Assembly: GCA_963750165.1 (NCBI GenBank)
Contig: CAVVPN010000012.1
Span: 864,001-928,000, forward strand
Reading direction: 5' to 3'
Length of the DNA stretch: 64,000 nucleotides
Source of the DNA: an uncultured Gemmataceae bacterium
Lineage (GTDB): Bacteria > Planctomycetota > Planctomycetia > Gemmatales > Gemmataceae
In this document: positions 21,096 to 30,652 of the stretch, one piece after another
Position numbering within the stretch: position 1 is the first letter of the stretch
Layout: every line of letters starts with the position of its first letter
Notes under the pieces: model-generated
Told to the model about the DNA's origin: nothing
What the model saw: only the letters and a program-made list of their open reading frames with translations
The model's database searches: none
Translations under genes and position numbers: made by a program

Positions 21096-21359
21096 ATGCT
21101 GGACGAGTTCATCGGCCGAAAAGTAGTGATCGACCTGCGCAGCCCGTTCGTGTGTCTGGGCACGCTCAGTCGGGTGAGCGAGCACTTCTTGGAGGTGCGC
21201 AACGCCGACCTGCACGACCTGCGCGACACCGAGACGACGCGCGAGAACTACGTCGCGGCGTCGCAGGCCACCGGCATCAAGCGCAACCGCAAGCGCGTGG
21301 TGGTGGCGCGCGCCGAGGTGGTGGCGCTGTCGGCGCTGGAGGATGTGGTGGACGAGTGA
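21096..21359 (+). CDS. Small protein with an Sm/LSm-like sequence pattern
   Basis: 87 aa with a GAGG RBS; pattern LDEFIGRKVVIDL...GTL.....LEVRNAD and VVVARAEVVALS. Confidence 0.6.
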   Translation: MLDEFIGRKVVIDLRSPFVCLGTLSRVSEHFLEVRNADLHDLRDTETTRENYVAASQATGIKRNRKRVVVARAEVVALSALEDVVDE

Positions 21360-21376
21360 CCGCCGGCGCCCGGCGT

Positions 21377-21796
21377 TCAACGGTGCCGCTGAAAATCGCT
21401 CCTGGGAACGCGGAATCCACCCGCTTGCGGGTCGCCGAAGTAAACGGCCTCCGGTGTCCAGGTCACTTTGCCCCATTTTTTCTGGGCCTCGACAAAACTG
21501 CTGGCGTGACCGATGGTGCCCAAGTCGTATAAATAGTCCGACCCGTTGCTCGGCCGGCCGATCAGGATCTGGACCTTGACGACAACGGCATCCCCGTCCG
21601 GTTCCACGAAGGCGTGAGCGCCGTAAAAGGACGCGAACTGCTCGCCCTGGTCGCCGTCGCCCCAGTCCAGCACGAGCGTGCGGCCCACCATGCCCGTGCC
21701 GTCTTCCGAACCGCGCAGCCAGCCGAGGACGAAGCCGAGCCCGACGCCGATCAGCACCAACAACAAACAGCCGAAGACGGTCGCCCAGCGTTTCAT
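21377..21796 (-). CDS. Hypothetical membrane-anchored protein
   Basis: N-terminal TM helix; 139-aa ORF in the minus-strand gene run. Confidence 0.65.
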   Translation of the reverse strand: MKRWATVFGCLLLVLIGVGLGFVLGWLRGSEDGTGMVGRTLVLDWGDGDQGEQFASFYGAHAFVEPDGDAVVVKVQILIGRPSNGSDYLYDLGTIGHASSFVEAQKKWGKVTWTPEAVYFGDPQAGGFRVPRSDFQRHR

Positions 21797-21834
21797 AATA
21801 AATCCCCAGGTACGGAACAGGCACCGCAGCCTAC

Positions 21835-22212
21835 TCAGTCCCCCAACACCTCCGGCATTTCCGCGCTGGTGCGAAACTCCTCAGCGCTGACCGCCCCCTG
21901 TTCCGTCACCACCTCTCCGCCGCCGATCGCCGCGCACGCCCACGCCACGGCGTTCCACAGCTGCCGCAGCCCCGCGTCGGCGTTGCCCCACGTCACCACA
22001 GCCAGCGTGTCTTCGCTGCGGCGCAGCGTCACCATGCCCTGCGGCGCCGCGACGCGTAGCTCGCGCCAACCGGGCGCCGGGTCCTCGTCGGGAAAGGCCA
22101 GTTCGCCGTCGATCATCCGCAGTTGCAGCGGGTAGCCGCGCCCGGCCAGGAAGTCGCGCAGCGCATCCCAGGTCACGCCGCCCGCCGGCCGCACCGTATG
22201 CTCCATGCCCAT
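21835..22212 (-). CDS. Hypothetical protein
   Basis: Coupled to the dipeptidase stop; LRMIDGELAFPDE..WRELR motif; high-GC3 codons. Confidence 0.7.
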   Translation of the reverse strand: MGMEHTVRPAGGVTWDALRDFLAGRGYPLQLRMIDGELAFPDEDPAPGWRELRVAAPQGMVTLRRSEDTLAVVTWGNADAGLRQLWNAVAWACAAIGGGEVVTEQGAVSAEEFRTSAEMPEVLGD

Positions 22213-22217
22213 GTCGC

Positions 22218-23294
22218 TCACCCCCTTGCCCAGGCCGTGCGGAAGAACCGCAGCCAGTTGCCGTGCATGATCCCCTCAATGTCCGACGCCGAGTAGCCGC
22301 GTGTTTTCAGCATGTCCGGCAGGCGCTGCAGGTCGGCGATGGTGTCCAGGTCGCACGGCGTCTGTTCGCGGCCGAAGCCGCCGTCGAGGTCGGTGCCGAT
22401 GGCCGCGTGCCGGGCGTTGCCCGCCAGCTGGCACACACGGTCGATGTGGTCGAGCATCGCCTCCAGGTTGACCACCTCCGGCTTCGTTTCGCCGCGGACC
22501 CAGCCGGGGTACAGCATCCACGAATCCAGCGCCGCGCCGATCACCGCGCCACGGCCGACGAGCCGCTTGATCTGTTCGTCCGTCAGCTGGCGCTGGTTCG
22601 GCACCAGGGCGCGGCAGTTGTGATGACTCGCCAGCACCGGGCCACCGTAAATGTCCAGCGCCTCATCGAAGCACTGGTCGGACAGGTGCGTCACGTCAAG
22701 GATCATGCCGACCTGCTCCATCGCCTTGAGCAGCGGCTTGCCGGGCGGGAACAGGCCGCCCTCGGTGCCGGTGCCGTGCGCGTACGGGCTGACGCCGTAG
22801 TGCGCCGGCCCGATGATGCGCAGGCCCACCGCCCACCACTCGAGGATTTGTTCCGGCGACAGCACCGGGTCCGCTCCCTCCATGCTCAGGATGAAGCCGA
22901 GCGGCTCCGCGGTGTTTTCGTTGTGCTGCCACGCCTGCACGTGCGCGTCGAGGGTCTTGCGGTCCTTGATGAAGCGTAGGACGCCCTGCTGTTCCAGGGC
23001 GCGGTAGTAGGCGAGCTGGCCGTGTGCCGCGGCGTAGGCGGCGGCCATGTTGGTGTAGCGCTGGATGGCGGGCATCAGGTCCGGCCGCATCAGCCGCGCC
23101 AGCAGCGTGGCGATGAAGACCGCGATCTTGCCGCGGCGCAGTTCGGGGAACGAGACGGTGTTGCAACCGCGGCCCTTGCCGGTCATGCCGTCGGCCTTCT
23201 CGGCGGCGCGGATCTTCTCCACGGGCAGCAGCAGATCGCGGTTCCAGTCGATGGCGTTCCAGGCCAGGTCCAGGTGTGCGTCGAAAATGAGCAT
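22218..23294 (-). CDS. Membrane dipeptidase (peptidase M19)
   Basis: FDAHLD, SMEGAD, LDVTHL, ASHHN and IGTDLDGG. Confidence 0.92.
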   Translation of the reverse strand: MLIFDAHLDLAWNAIDWNRDLLLPVEKIRAAEKADGMTGKGRGCNTVSFPELRRGKIAVFIATLLARLMRPDLMPAIQRYTNMAAAYAAAHGQLAYYRALEQQGVLRFIKDRKTLDAHVQAWQHNENTAEPLGFILSMEGADPVLSPEQILEWWAVGLRIIGPAHYGVSPYAHGTGTEGGLFPPGKPLLKAMEQVGMILDVTHLSDQCFDEALDIYGGPVLASHHNCRALVPNQRQLTDEQIKRLVGRGAVIGAALDSWMLYPGWVRGETKPEVVNLEAMLDHIDRVCQLAGNARHAAIGTDLDGGFGREQTPCDLDTIADLQRLPDMLKTRGYSASDIEGIMHGNWLRFFRTAWARG

Positions 23295-23310
23295 AGGAAA
23301 ACTCCTCAGC

Positions 23311-23378
23311 GGCGAGCGGCGCGGCGTCAGCCCGCCGGTACTTCCCAACACCGGCGGCCTGACGCCGCGCCGCTCGCC
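23311..23378. repeat. REP-like palindrome, family A
   Basis: Matches the 7157 consensus. Confidence 0.9.
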
Positions 23379-23416
23379 CGCGGTTCACTACACGGCAACA
23401 TCGGCTCAGTTTACCC

Positions 23417-24837
23417 CTACCAGCCCGCGTTTGCCATGATGATTGCCCCCACGACGACCGCCGCCACCGCCACCAGCAGCGGCAGCGCCACGCGCCGCAC
23501 CAGTCGCATCGCCTCGGTCCTCGTCAGCGACGCGCTCATCAGCGTCACCGCCGACACCGGCGACAGCGTCCGCCCCGCCGCGGAGCCCAGCGACACTACC
23601 GCCCCCGCCAGCGCCGGGTCGAGCCCCAACCGCAGCGCCGGCCCCGCGAAGAAGCCAAAGAGACTCGTCGTCGCCGCCATGCCGGAGCCGGACACGAACG
23701 CGAAACCCAACGACAACACCCCTGCCGCGATCAGCAGCAGTGCCGTGCTGTCGCCGACCAGGCCGGCCAGCGCCTCGTTCAGTTTGATGAGCCGGACACC
23801 CTCGCCGAAGCAGTTCGCGGTCACGATCAGCGAGATGATGTTGGTAAAGCCGTAGCCGCCGCCCTCGAAGAACACGCCCATCACGCCGAGGCCCTTGCGC
23901 CACGCCACCGCCGCGGCCGCCACGACGCCGACCAGCATGGCCGCGCCGATCAGCCGGCTGTCAAACAGGCCGCGCTCCGCGCTCGTCAGCTGCTCCGGGT
24001 TCGCCGCCGGCACCAGCCAGCGCGTCGGCACGTCGATCAGGCTGAGCGGCGGTCCCGTCAGGAACAGCAGCACCAGCGGCACCAGCGGCACCGCGGCGCT
24101 CAGCGGGTTGACACGGAAGTCGTCGGCCGGCAACTCGGGCTGCGGCGCGACGACCTCGGCCCGGCGTTCGGCGCGCAGCGACAGCAACCATAGCGTCAGC
24201 GTCGCCGCGGCCAGGCCGAGCAGGTTCAACGGCAGCAGCCGATCCACGCACTGCCGGCTGGACAGGTTCAGCGGCCCCTGTTTCCGCTCGGCCGCCGCCT
24301 GTTCGCTGACCTCGACGACCGTACGCAGTTCCGGCGCCCGGGGTTGAGCAGTTCGCCACCCACGGACGAGCCGAGCAGCAGCGCCGCCCCGACCGTCACC
24401 GGCGAGAAGCGCGCCGCCAGCAGCACCGGCACCACGACGGTGCCGATGGTCACCGCCGTGCTTGACTGGCTGACGACCGGGATGTTAACCAGGAAGCCGA
24501 CGACGACTGTGCCGGGGATGAGCAGCACGCGGACGCGCTGCACTGGCTTCATCAGCAGATGGACCAGATGGCGGTCGCAGCCAGTGTAACGCAGCACATA
24601 CGCGAAACCCATCGCGGTGCAAATGGGCACGACGTAGCGCTCGTCGGAAAAGGTTTTCAGGAACATCTGGACGACGGCCATCAGGGCGTTGCCCAGTTCT
24701 TCCGCGTCGCCGCGCTGGCTGCCGCCGAGGGCCGCCAGCACCAGGGCCGCCAGCAGCAGCACCAGCCGCACGTCATGGCGGCGGACCACCAGATAGACCG
24801 CCAGGGCGATGACGACGCAGCCGGCCAGTTGGATCAT
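23417..24837 (-). CDS. dcuC: DcuC-family C4-dicarboxylate transporter, frameshift at ~24338
   Basis: DVRLVL, PICTAMGFAYVLRYTGCD.HLV, GGELLNPG, SGSG and GRTLSPVS; many TM helices. Confidence 0.82.
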
Positions 24838-24850
24838 GCCAGTCTCTCGA

Positions 24851-24933
24851 TTGCAGATTGCAAATTGTAGATTGCAAATTGAAAGACAATACCCCAGAAC
24901 CCCTCGTCTTTCAATTTGCAATTTGCAATCTAC
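24851..24933. repeat. Heptamer tandem hairpin (ATTGCAA/ATTGCAG)n
   Basis: AT-rich inverted arms ...TTGCAAATTGAAAGA / TCTTTCAATTTGCAA... Confidence 0.85.
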
Positions 24934-25020
24934 TTGCCTTGACCACCGTTCCTCCCGACGGTATGAGTCCCACCCCGCGTGAGAGTCGTTTCGTGGTTCC
25001 CGGCCACAGGAGCAAATCGC

Positions 25021-26796
25021 ATGGGTGCGCACGTTGTCACAATCCAACCAACTAGCCTATCCCGGCCTGCCCTCGGCCGCGGTCGCCTGGCCCTGATCGG
25101 GGCGGTGCTGCTGGGCCTGTGGGGCGCCGCCGCGGCGCAGCAGGGCGCCCCGCCGCCGCCGCAGGGCGTCGAGGTCATGACTCGCGGCCCTGTTCACGAG
25201 GCGTTCGCCACGCCGACCGTCGAGGCCAAACCGACCATGACCGTCGGCAAGCAGCCGCCGGCCCCCCTCGACGAGCTGCCGCCCGACGAGCGGCCCGAGG
25301 GGGACGTGGTGTGGATCGCCGGCTACTGGGCCTGGGACGACGACCGCACCGATTACCTGTGGGTGAGCGGCTGTTGGCGGACGAAGCCGCCGGGCAAGGA
25401 GTGGGTGGCCGGCTACTGGCGCGAGGCCGACACGCAGCAGTGGCAGTGGGTGCCCGGCTTCTGGCACAGCGAGCCACAGCAGCAACAGCAGCCGGTCGCG
25501 CAGGGCCAACCGCCGCAGCAGCAGGACGCAGGCGTGACCTACTACCCGGCGCCGCCGGCGCCGCCGAACGTGGCGCCGCCGGGCAAACCGCCGCAGGATG
25601 ACGTGTTCTACGTGCCCGGCTACTGGCAGTGGAACGGCACCGCCTACGCCTGGCGCAGCGGCTTCTGGACGCGGGTGCAGCCCGGCTATGTCTGGGTGGC
25701 GAGCCACTACCGCTGGACGCCAAGCGGCTACGTCTTCATCCCCGGCTACTGGGACATTGCGGTGGCGCGCCGCGGTATGCTGTACGCACCGGTGGTGGTT
25801 GATTACCGTGTGGTGCCGGCTACCTACGTTTACACGCCAGCCTACGCCGTCAGCGACACGCTGGTGATGGACACCATGTTCGTGCGGCCGTGCGCCTGCC
25901 ATTATTATTTCGGCGACTACTACGAGCCGCGCTACCGGGCCCTGGGCTACGAGAGTAGTTACGTCTACAGCACGCGCAACTACGACAGCATTGTCGTGTA
26001 CCGCACTTACGAGTACCGCAGCCAGCCGGACTACGTCAGCATTCAGATCAACCTGTTCGGGAGCCGCTCGCGCGGCGAGGCCCCGGTGCCGCCGCGCACC
26101 CTCGCGCAGCAGACTACCATTATTAACAACTACAACACCACGGTGGTCAACAACACGACCATCAACAAGACGGTGAACAACGTTAATAACAACGTGAACA
26201 ATAATGTGACCAACAACCAGTTCCAGATGGTGGCGCCGGCCAAGCAGGTAGCGGCCGCCAAGGGCATGACCACGGTGCCGGTGGACACCACCACACGCTA
26301 TGCAGCCAAGCAGGCGGCGCAGACCACGCAGCTGGCCGCCGTGACGCAGCGCAAGCAGGCGGAGCACGTGCCGCCCGGCAGCTCGCCGAAAGCCCCGGCC
26401 GCGCCGCGCGTCGCGGCGCTGAAGGTGCCACCGACGAAATCGGCCGCCTCCCTGCCGAGCGCGACCCACCCGCATGGCCTGCAAGCGCCGAACCCTGGCG
26501 TCCACCAACAGCCGGCCGGCCACCTCAACAACGTCGCCGGCACGGTCAACCCGAACGTCAAACCCAACACGGCCGTCAACCCCGGCTTGCAGAACACCAG
26601 GCCCGGGCTGACGCCGAACGGCCAACCGCTGTCCCAGCCCAACCAGCAGAAGACGGGCACGACTCCACCGCCGCGCGGCACCACGCCGCCACCGCAACAG
26701 CGGCCGCCGGTGGTGACGCAGCCACCGCCGCGGCAGAACCCGCCTCCGCCACAGAAGAAGGATGAGAAAGATAAGAAGAAGCAGCCGCAGCAGTAG
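25021..26796 (+). CDS. Secreted YXWGXW-repeat protein with Asn-rich and Pro/Gln-rich tail
   Basis: Signal peptide; RGPVHEAFA; repeats WIAGYWAW, WVAGYW, WVPGFW, YVPGYWQW and FIPGYWD. Confidence 0.85.
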   Translation: MGAHVVTIQPTSLSRPALGRGRLALIGAVLLGLWGAAAAQQGAPPPPQGVEVMTRGPVHEAFATPTVEAKPTMTVGKQPPAPLDELPPDERPEGDVVWIAGYWAWDDDRTDYLWVSGCWRTKPPGKEWVAGYWREADTQQWQWVPGFWHSEPQQQQQPVAQGQPPQQQDAGVTYYPAPPAPPNVAPPGKPPQDDVFYVPGYWQWNGTAYAWRSGFWTRVQPGYVWVASHYRWTPSGYVFIPGYWDIAVARRGMLYAPVVVDYRVVPATYVYTPAYAVSDTLVMDTMFVRPCACHYYFGDYYEPRYRALGYESSYVYSTRNYDSIVVYRTYEYRSQPDYVSIQINLFGSRSRGEAPVPPRTLAQQTTIINNYNTTVVNNTTINKTVNNVNNNVNNNVTNNQFQMVAPAKQVAAAKGMTTVPVDTTTRYAAKQAAQTTQLAAVTQRKQAEHVPPGSSPKAPAAPRVAALKVPPTKSAASLPSATHPHGLQAPNPGVHQQPAGHLNNVAGTVNPNVKPNTAVNPGLQNTRPGLTPNGQPLSQPNQQKTGTTPPPRGTTPPPQQRPPVVTQPPPRQNPPPPQKKDEKDKKKQPQQ

Positions 26797-26823
26797 AGTC
26801 CAGGTTGCGCTGTAGCAAACCAG

Positions 26824-26891
26824 GGCGAGCGGCGCGGCGTCAGCCCGCCGGTGCTTCATCGTACCGGCGGCCTGACGCCGCGCCGCTCGCC
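26824..26891. repeat. REP-like palindrome, family A
   Basis: Matches the consensus. Confidence 0.9.
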
Positions 26892-27232
26892 CAAACCCAG
26901 GCCAGGTGCCCCGAAATAATTTTGTAAACCTAACACTTCAACAAAGCCGCCCATCCCGCACCGGAACCGCGCCCCACAAGCTCTCCCAGGCGCCTCGACC
27001 GCTGCTGACGGAGTCGCCGCCGCGTCCGCGCCAGCCCCCGCTCTGCTTACTGCCGCTACCACCTGAAAAGCCTCAGTGAATTTTCTGACTTTCTCAGGCC
27101 CCGTCATTTCGCACTTTTTCCAGCATTGGGCATATTAGGGGTGTGGTCAGTCGGACCTATACCCCGACCAAGCCCACCGGCACGGTTGCCGTGATTGGGG
27201 GCGGTCGGCTCGTCCCGCAACAAGGAGAAGGC

Positions 27233-28372
27233 ATGGTTTGGCAACGTATTCGCATCGCAGTGCTCGTGTGTACGGTCCTGGCGCTCTCAACCTCGGCGGC
27301 GCTGGCCCAGGACGAAGAGAAGGGTGACAAGAAGGCTCAGGCCGAGAAGCTGCAGCCACCCACTGAAAAAGTGCCCATCCAGCCCGGCGGCCCAGCCATG
27401 GGCGGCCCCGGCGGCCCGATCGTCAGCGGCCCGGGCGGCGGCGGCTGCGGCGGCGGCTGCGGCGCCCCCTGTGGCACCCGCACCGTCTACGTGACCGAGT
27501 GCGTACCGGAAACCTACACCGCCACCCGCACGGTTTACCGCACCGAGTGCCGCACGGAGAACTTCACCTACATGAAGTGTGTGCCCGTGCAGGAGTGCCG
27601 TGAACGCACGGTGTGCTGCACCCGCCGCGTCCCGGTCATGAAGACCGTGTGCAAGAAGGTGTGCGTCACCGTCCCGGTGTGCGAGACACGCACGGTCATG
27701 AAGCCGTGCTACAGCTACCAGAACGTCACTACCATGAAGTGCCGCACGGTGGACCGCGGCCACTACGAGTGCCGTGAAGTCTTCTCGTGCTGCAAGGCGA
27801 TCGGCCAGTTCTGCGGCGGCCTGTTCAGCGGCGGCCACCACAACCGTGGCGGCGACTGCTGCAACCCGTGCCCGCCGTGCCCGCCGCCGCCGCCCACGCG
27901 GACGGTCAAGGTCTGGGTGCCGTGCATGGTCACCGAGCAGTGCCCCGTGACCTGCTGCAAGAAGATCTGCACCATGGTGCCGAGCACCTGCACCGTGACC
28001 GTCAACCGCACCGAATGGCGGGAGCAGACCTGCCAGGTTTGCACCTACCAGTGCGTGACGGAGAACCGCGTTGAGAAGTACACGGTCTGCGTCATGAAGC
28101 AGGTGCCGTGCCAGGGCTGCCGCACGGTGCGCGTCTGCGTGCCCTGCCAGGAGACCTACACGGCCTGCCGCATGGTGAGCCGTACGGTCTGCCGTCAGGT
28201 GGCCGACACCTGCTGCAGCCCGTGCAACGACTGCTGCAACCCCTGCTGCACCACCACCGGCCGCAAGCACAAGTTCGGCGGTCTGTTCGGCGGCACGGGC
28301 GGCCTGTTCGGCGGCGGCCACGGCCGCGGCCAGAGCTACCAGAGCTACCAGAGTGGCGGCTGCTGCAACTAA
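27233..28372 (+). CDS. Secreted Cys/Thr/Val-rich protein (YTV-like planctomycete envelope protein)
   Basis: AAGGAG RBS; signal peptide; ~47 Cys; ETYTA/EKYTV and VPV units. Confidence 0.8.
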   Translation: MVWQRIRIAVLVCTVLALSTSAALAQDEEKGDKKAQAEKLQPPTEKVPIQPGGPAMGGPGGPIVSGPGGGGCGGGCGAPCGTRTVYVTECVPETYTATRTVYRTECRTENFTYMKCVPVQECRERTVCCTRRVPVMKTVCKKVCVTVPVCETRTVMKPCYSYQNVTTMKCRTVDRGHYECREVFSCCKAIGQFCGGLFSGGHHNRGGDCCNPCPPCPPPPPTRTVKVWVPCMVTEQCPVTCCKKICTMVPSTCTVTVNRTEWREQTCQVCTYQCVTENRVEKYTVCVMKQVPCQGCRTVRVCVPCQETYTACRMVSRTVCRQVADTCCSPCNDCCNPCCTTTGRKHKFGGLFGGTGGLFGGGHGRGQSYQSYQSGGCCN

Positions 28373-28563
28373 GTGTCCTCCGCATCGCTCCGCTGTCACC
28401 CCTGGCGGAGATGCACCCCGCCTCGCCGGTCACTCCCGGCGAGGCGTTTGTCTTTTTCCCCTGCTCCCCTCGCCTCCTTATCAGGGGGAGAGGGGTTGGG
28501 GGTGAGGGGGTTTCTTCCGTTTACGTTTCGCGCTTTTGCATACAATCCACTCCCGGGTCTTCA

Positions 28564-28654
28564 CTGATCTGGCGAGCGGCGCGGTGTCAGCCCGCCGTGT
28601 GCGCCAGGTGCTGGCGCACACGGCGGGCTGACGCCGCGCCGCTCGCCAGATCAG
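28564..28654. repeat. REP-like palindrome, family A, with extended arms
   Basis: CTGATCTGGCGAGCGGCGCGG...CCGCGCCGCTCGCCAGATCAG. Confidence 0.9.
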
Positions 28655-28693
28655 GACGAGAATCGATTCCTGACCCCAACCCGGGAACACGCC

Positions 28694-29791
28694 ATGCCGA
28701 CTGTCGCGGACCTCGCTCACTTCCTGAAGCAGCTGGCCCCGCCGACGCTGGCCGCCGACTGGGACAACGTCGGCCTGTTGCTGGGCGACGAAACCACGGC
28801 AGTGCAGCGCGTCATGACCTGCCTGACCGTGACACCCGAGTCCGCCGCGGAGGCCGTCGCGGAGGGGGCGCAGTTGATCGTCACGCATCACCCGGTACTG
28901 TTCCGCGCCGCCAAACGACTGACCTCCGTGACCGCAGAGGGCCGCCTGCTACTGCCGCTGATCCGGGCCAGCGTCGCGGTCTACAGCGCCCACACCGCCT
29001 ACGACAACGCGGAGCACGGCATCAACGCCCTGCTGGCGCGGCGGCTGGGACTGCTCGATGTGAAGCCGCTGCGGCCCGGTGAGGGACCGCGGCAATGCAA
29101 GCTGGTCGTGTTCGTGCCGGACAAGGACCTGGGGCCGGTTGCCGACGCGGCGTTCGCCGCGGGCGCCGGCCACATCGGCCAGTACCGCGAGTGCAGTTTT
29201 CGCCTGGCCGGCACCGGCACGTTTTTCGGTTCCGAGGCCAGCAATCCGACCGTGGGCCAGAAGGGCCGCCGTGAGGACGTTTCCGAATGGCGGCTGGAGG
29301 TGGTGTGTCCCGAGCGCTCGGTGGATGCGGTGGTCGCGGCCGTGCGGCGGGCGCACTCCTACGAGGAGCCCGCTTACGATGTGTATCCACTGCGGCCGGC
29401 GCCGTCAGCGCTGGGCAGCGGTCGCGTCGGCCGTCTGCCGAAGCCGACGCCGCTGGCTAAACTGGCGAAGGCGGTGCAGAAGCAACTGGCCGCGAAAGCC
29501 GTGCAGACGGTTGGCGCGCTGGAAAAGCCCGTGGAGCGGCTGGCCATCGCCTGCGGCGCGGCGGGCGAATATTTTCACGACGCGGTGCGTGCCCGGGCGG
29601 ACGCCTTCCTGACGGGAGAGATGCGTTTCCATGATCTGTTGAGCGCGCAGGCGGAAGAGGTGGCACTGCTGCTGCCGGGACACTTTGCCACCGAGCGCTG
29701 CGGCGTCGAGGAGCTGGCGCAACAATTACAAAAGCGCTGGCCTGACCTGACCGTCTGGGCCAGCCGGCAGGAGCGCGACCCGATCAACTGA
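28694..29791 (+). CDS. Nif3-like dinuclear metal centre protein (YqfO/YbgI) with PII-like insertion
   Basis: WDNVGLL, IVTHHP, SAHTAYD, GAGHIGQYRECSF, HSYEEPAYD and GHFATE. Confidence 0.93.
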   Translation: MPTVADLAHFLKQLAPPTLAADWDNVGLLLGDETTAVQRVMTCLTVTPESAAEAVAEGAQLIVTHHPVLFRAAKRLTSVTAEGRLLLPLIRASVAVYSAHTAYDNAEHGINALLARRLGLLDVKPLRPGEGPRQCKLVVFVPDKDLGPVADAAFAAGAGHIGQYRECSFRLAGTGTFFGSEASNPTVGQKGRREDVSEWRLEVVCPERSVDAVVAAVRRAHSYEEPAYDVYPLRPAPSALGSGRVGRLPKPTPLAKLAKAVQKQLAAKAVQTVGALEKPVERLAIACGAAGEYFHDAVRARADAFLTGEMRFHDLLSAQAEEVALLLPGHFATERCGVEELAQQLQKRWPDLTVWASRQERDPIN

Positions 29792-30107
29792 GCAATCGCC
29801 GGGGTTGGCGCAGGCCGTCCGGTTCGGCGTTTGTCCGCTTTGTACAATTCGGGCTTGACAGATTGTAAAACCTGCTGTGGAGAGCCGAAACGGCCTGTCC
29901 GCTTGTAAAGATTGCTCGTCCGCTCAACCCGCGGCAACCGCGGCAGTTGCGGAAAAACGCTGGAAAAAGGCCCGGCCGCCCCCTTGCCGGCGCTGGAGTT
30001 GCAATACTCCGAAAGCGTTCAGGACCACCAATCGGATCGCCAGATCACATGGCACCAGGGTCGTCGCAGGACGCGACGGCCGGATCGCCGGGACAAGGAG
30101 TCAGTCC

Positions 30108-30338
30108 ATGAAGACCAGCAATTGGGCCGCCGTCACGCTGCTCGCCGTTATCCTCACCGCCGCCGCGATGGCCTGGATGGGCTGGTTCGGCAGCGGCCGT
30201 CACGCCCGGGCCGCTGGCCGCACCCCGCAGGCCAGCGCCCCGACCCGTGCCGCCGATGTCATGGACTCCGCCGCCGCCTGGCGCTACCGCCGCAGCCAGG
30301 GCCCCAACTGGAAGCTGGCCATGTGCTATCATCCCTGA
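30108..30338 (+). CDS. Small hypothetical membrane or secreted protein (76 aa)
   Basis: AAGGAG RBS; N-terminal hydrophobic helix. Confidence 0.6.
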   Translation: MKTSNWAAVTLLAVILTAAAMAWMGWFGSGRHARAAGRTPQASAPTRAADVMDSAAAWRYRRSQGPNWKLAMCYHP

Positions 30339-30360
30339 TCCGAGATCGCCCTGGATTGGC

Positions 30361-30420
30361 GTGGTGGGTCGGAGCCCGAGCGCCAGCGAGGAGCCCCGCG
30401 CTGGCGCTCGGGCTCCGACC
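30361..30420. repeat. REP-like palindrome, family B
   Basis: Near-identical to 1464-1533. Confidence 0.88.
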
Positions 30421-30463
30421 AGAAACCTGTACTCCCCAACCCCCCGACCCGAAGGAGAAGCCA

Positions 30464-30562
30464 ATGCAACGCATGGACGCGGTGACCTTGATGGAGTGTG
30501 ACGTGCCGGAAAGCGGCGCGGACTGGGAAGACCCGTGGATCGACCTGGGCGGCGAAGGTTGA
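30464..30562 (+). CDS. 32-aa acidic peptide ending WIDLGGEG
   Basis: AAGGAG RBS 6 nt before ATG; MQRMDAVTLMECDVPESGADWEDPWIDLGGEG*. Confidence 0.6.
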   Translation: MQRMDAVTLMECDVPESGADWEDPWIDLGGEG

Positions 30563-30575
30563 AGCTCCTTTCCCT

Positions 30576-30639
30576 GGCGAGCGGCGGGGCGTGAGCCCCC
30601 TGTTTGGCGCAGCCCAACAGGCTCACGCCCCCCGCTCGC
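30576..30639. repeat. REP-like palindrome, family A variant
   Basis: GCGAGCGGCGGGGCGTGAGCC...GGCTCACGCCCCCCGCTCGC. Confidence 0.75.
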
Positions 30640-30652
30640 TGAACTGTTTTGC

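Noticed and set aside
25057..26859. Long antisense ORFs (also 37127..38818, 39263..41266, 52001..53986, 4549..6066, 58023..59624)
   Set aside because: Shadow ORFs opposite well-supported genes, expected from high-GC codon bias; no recognisable motifs.
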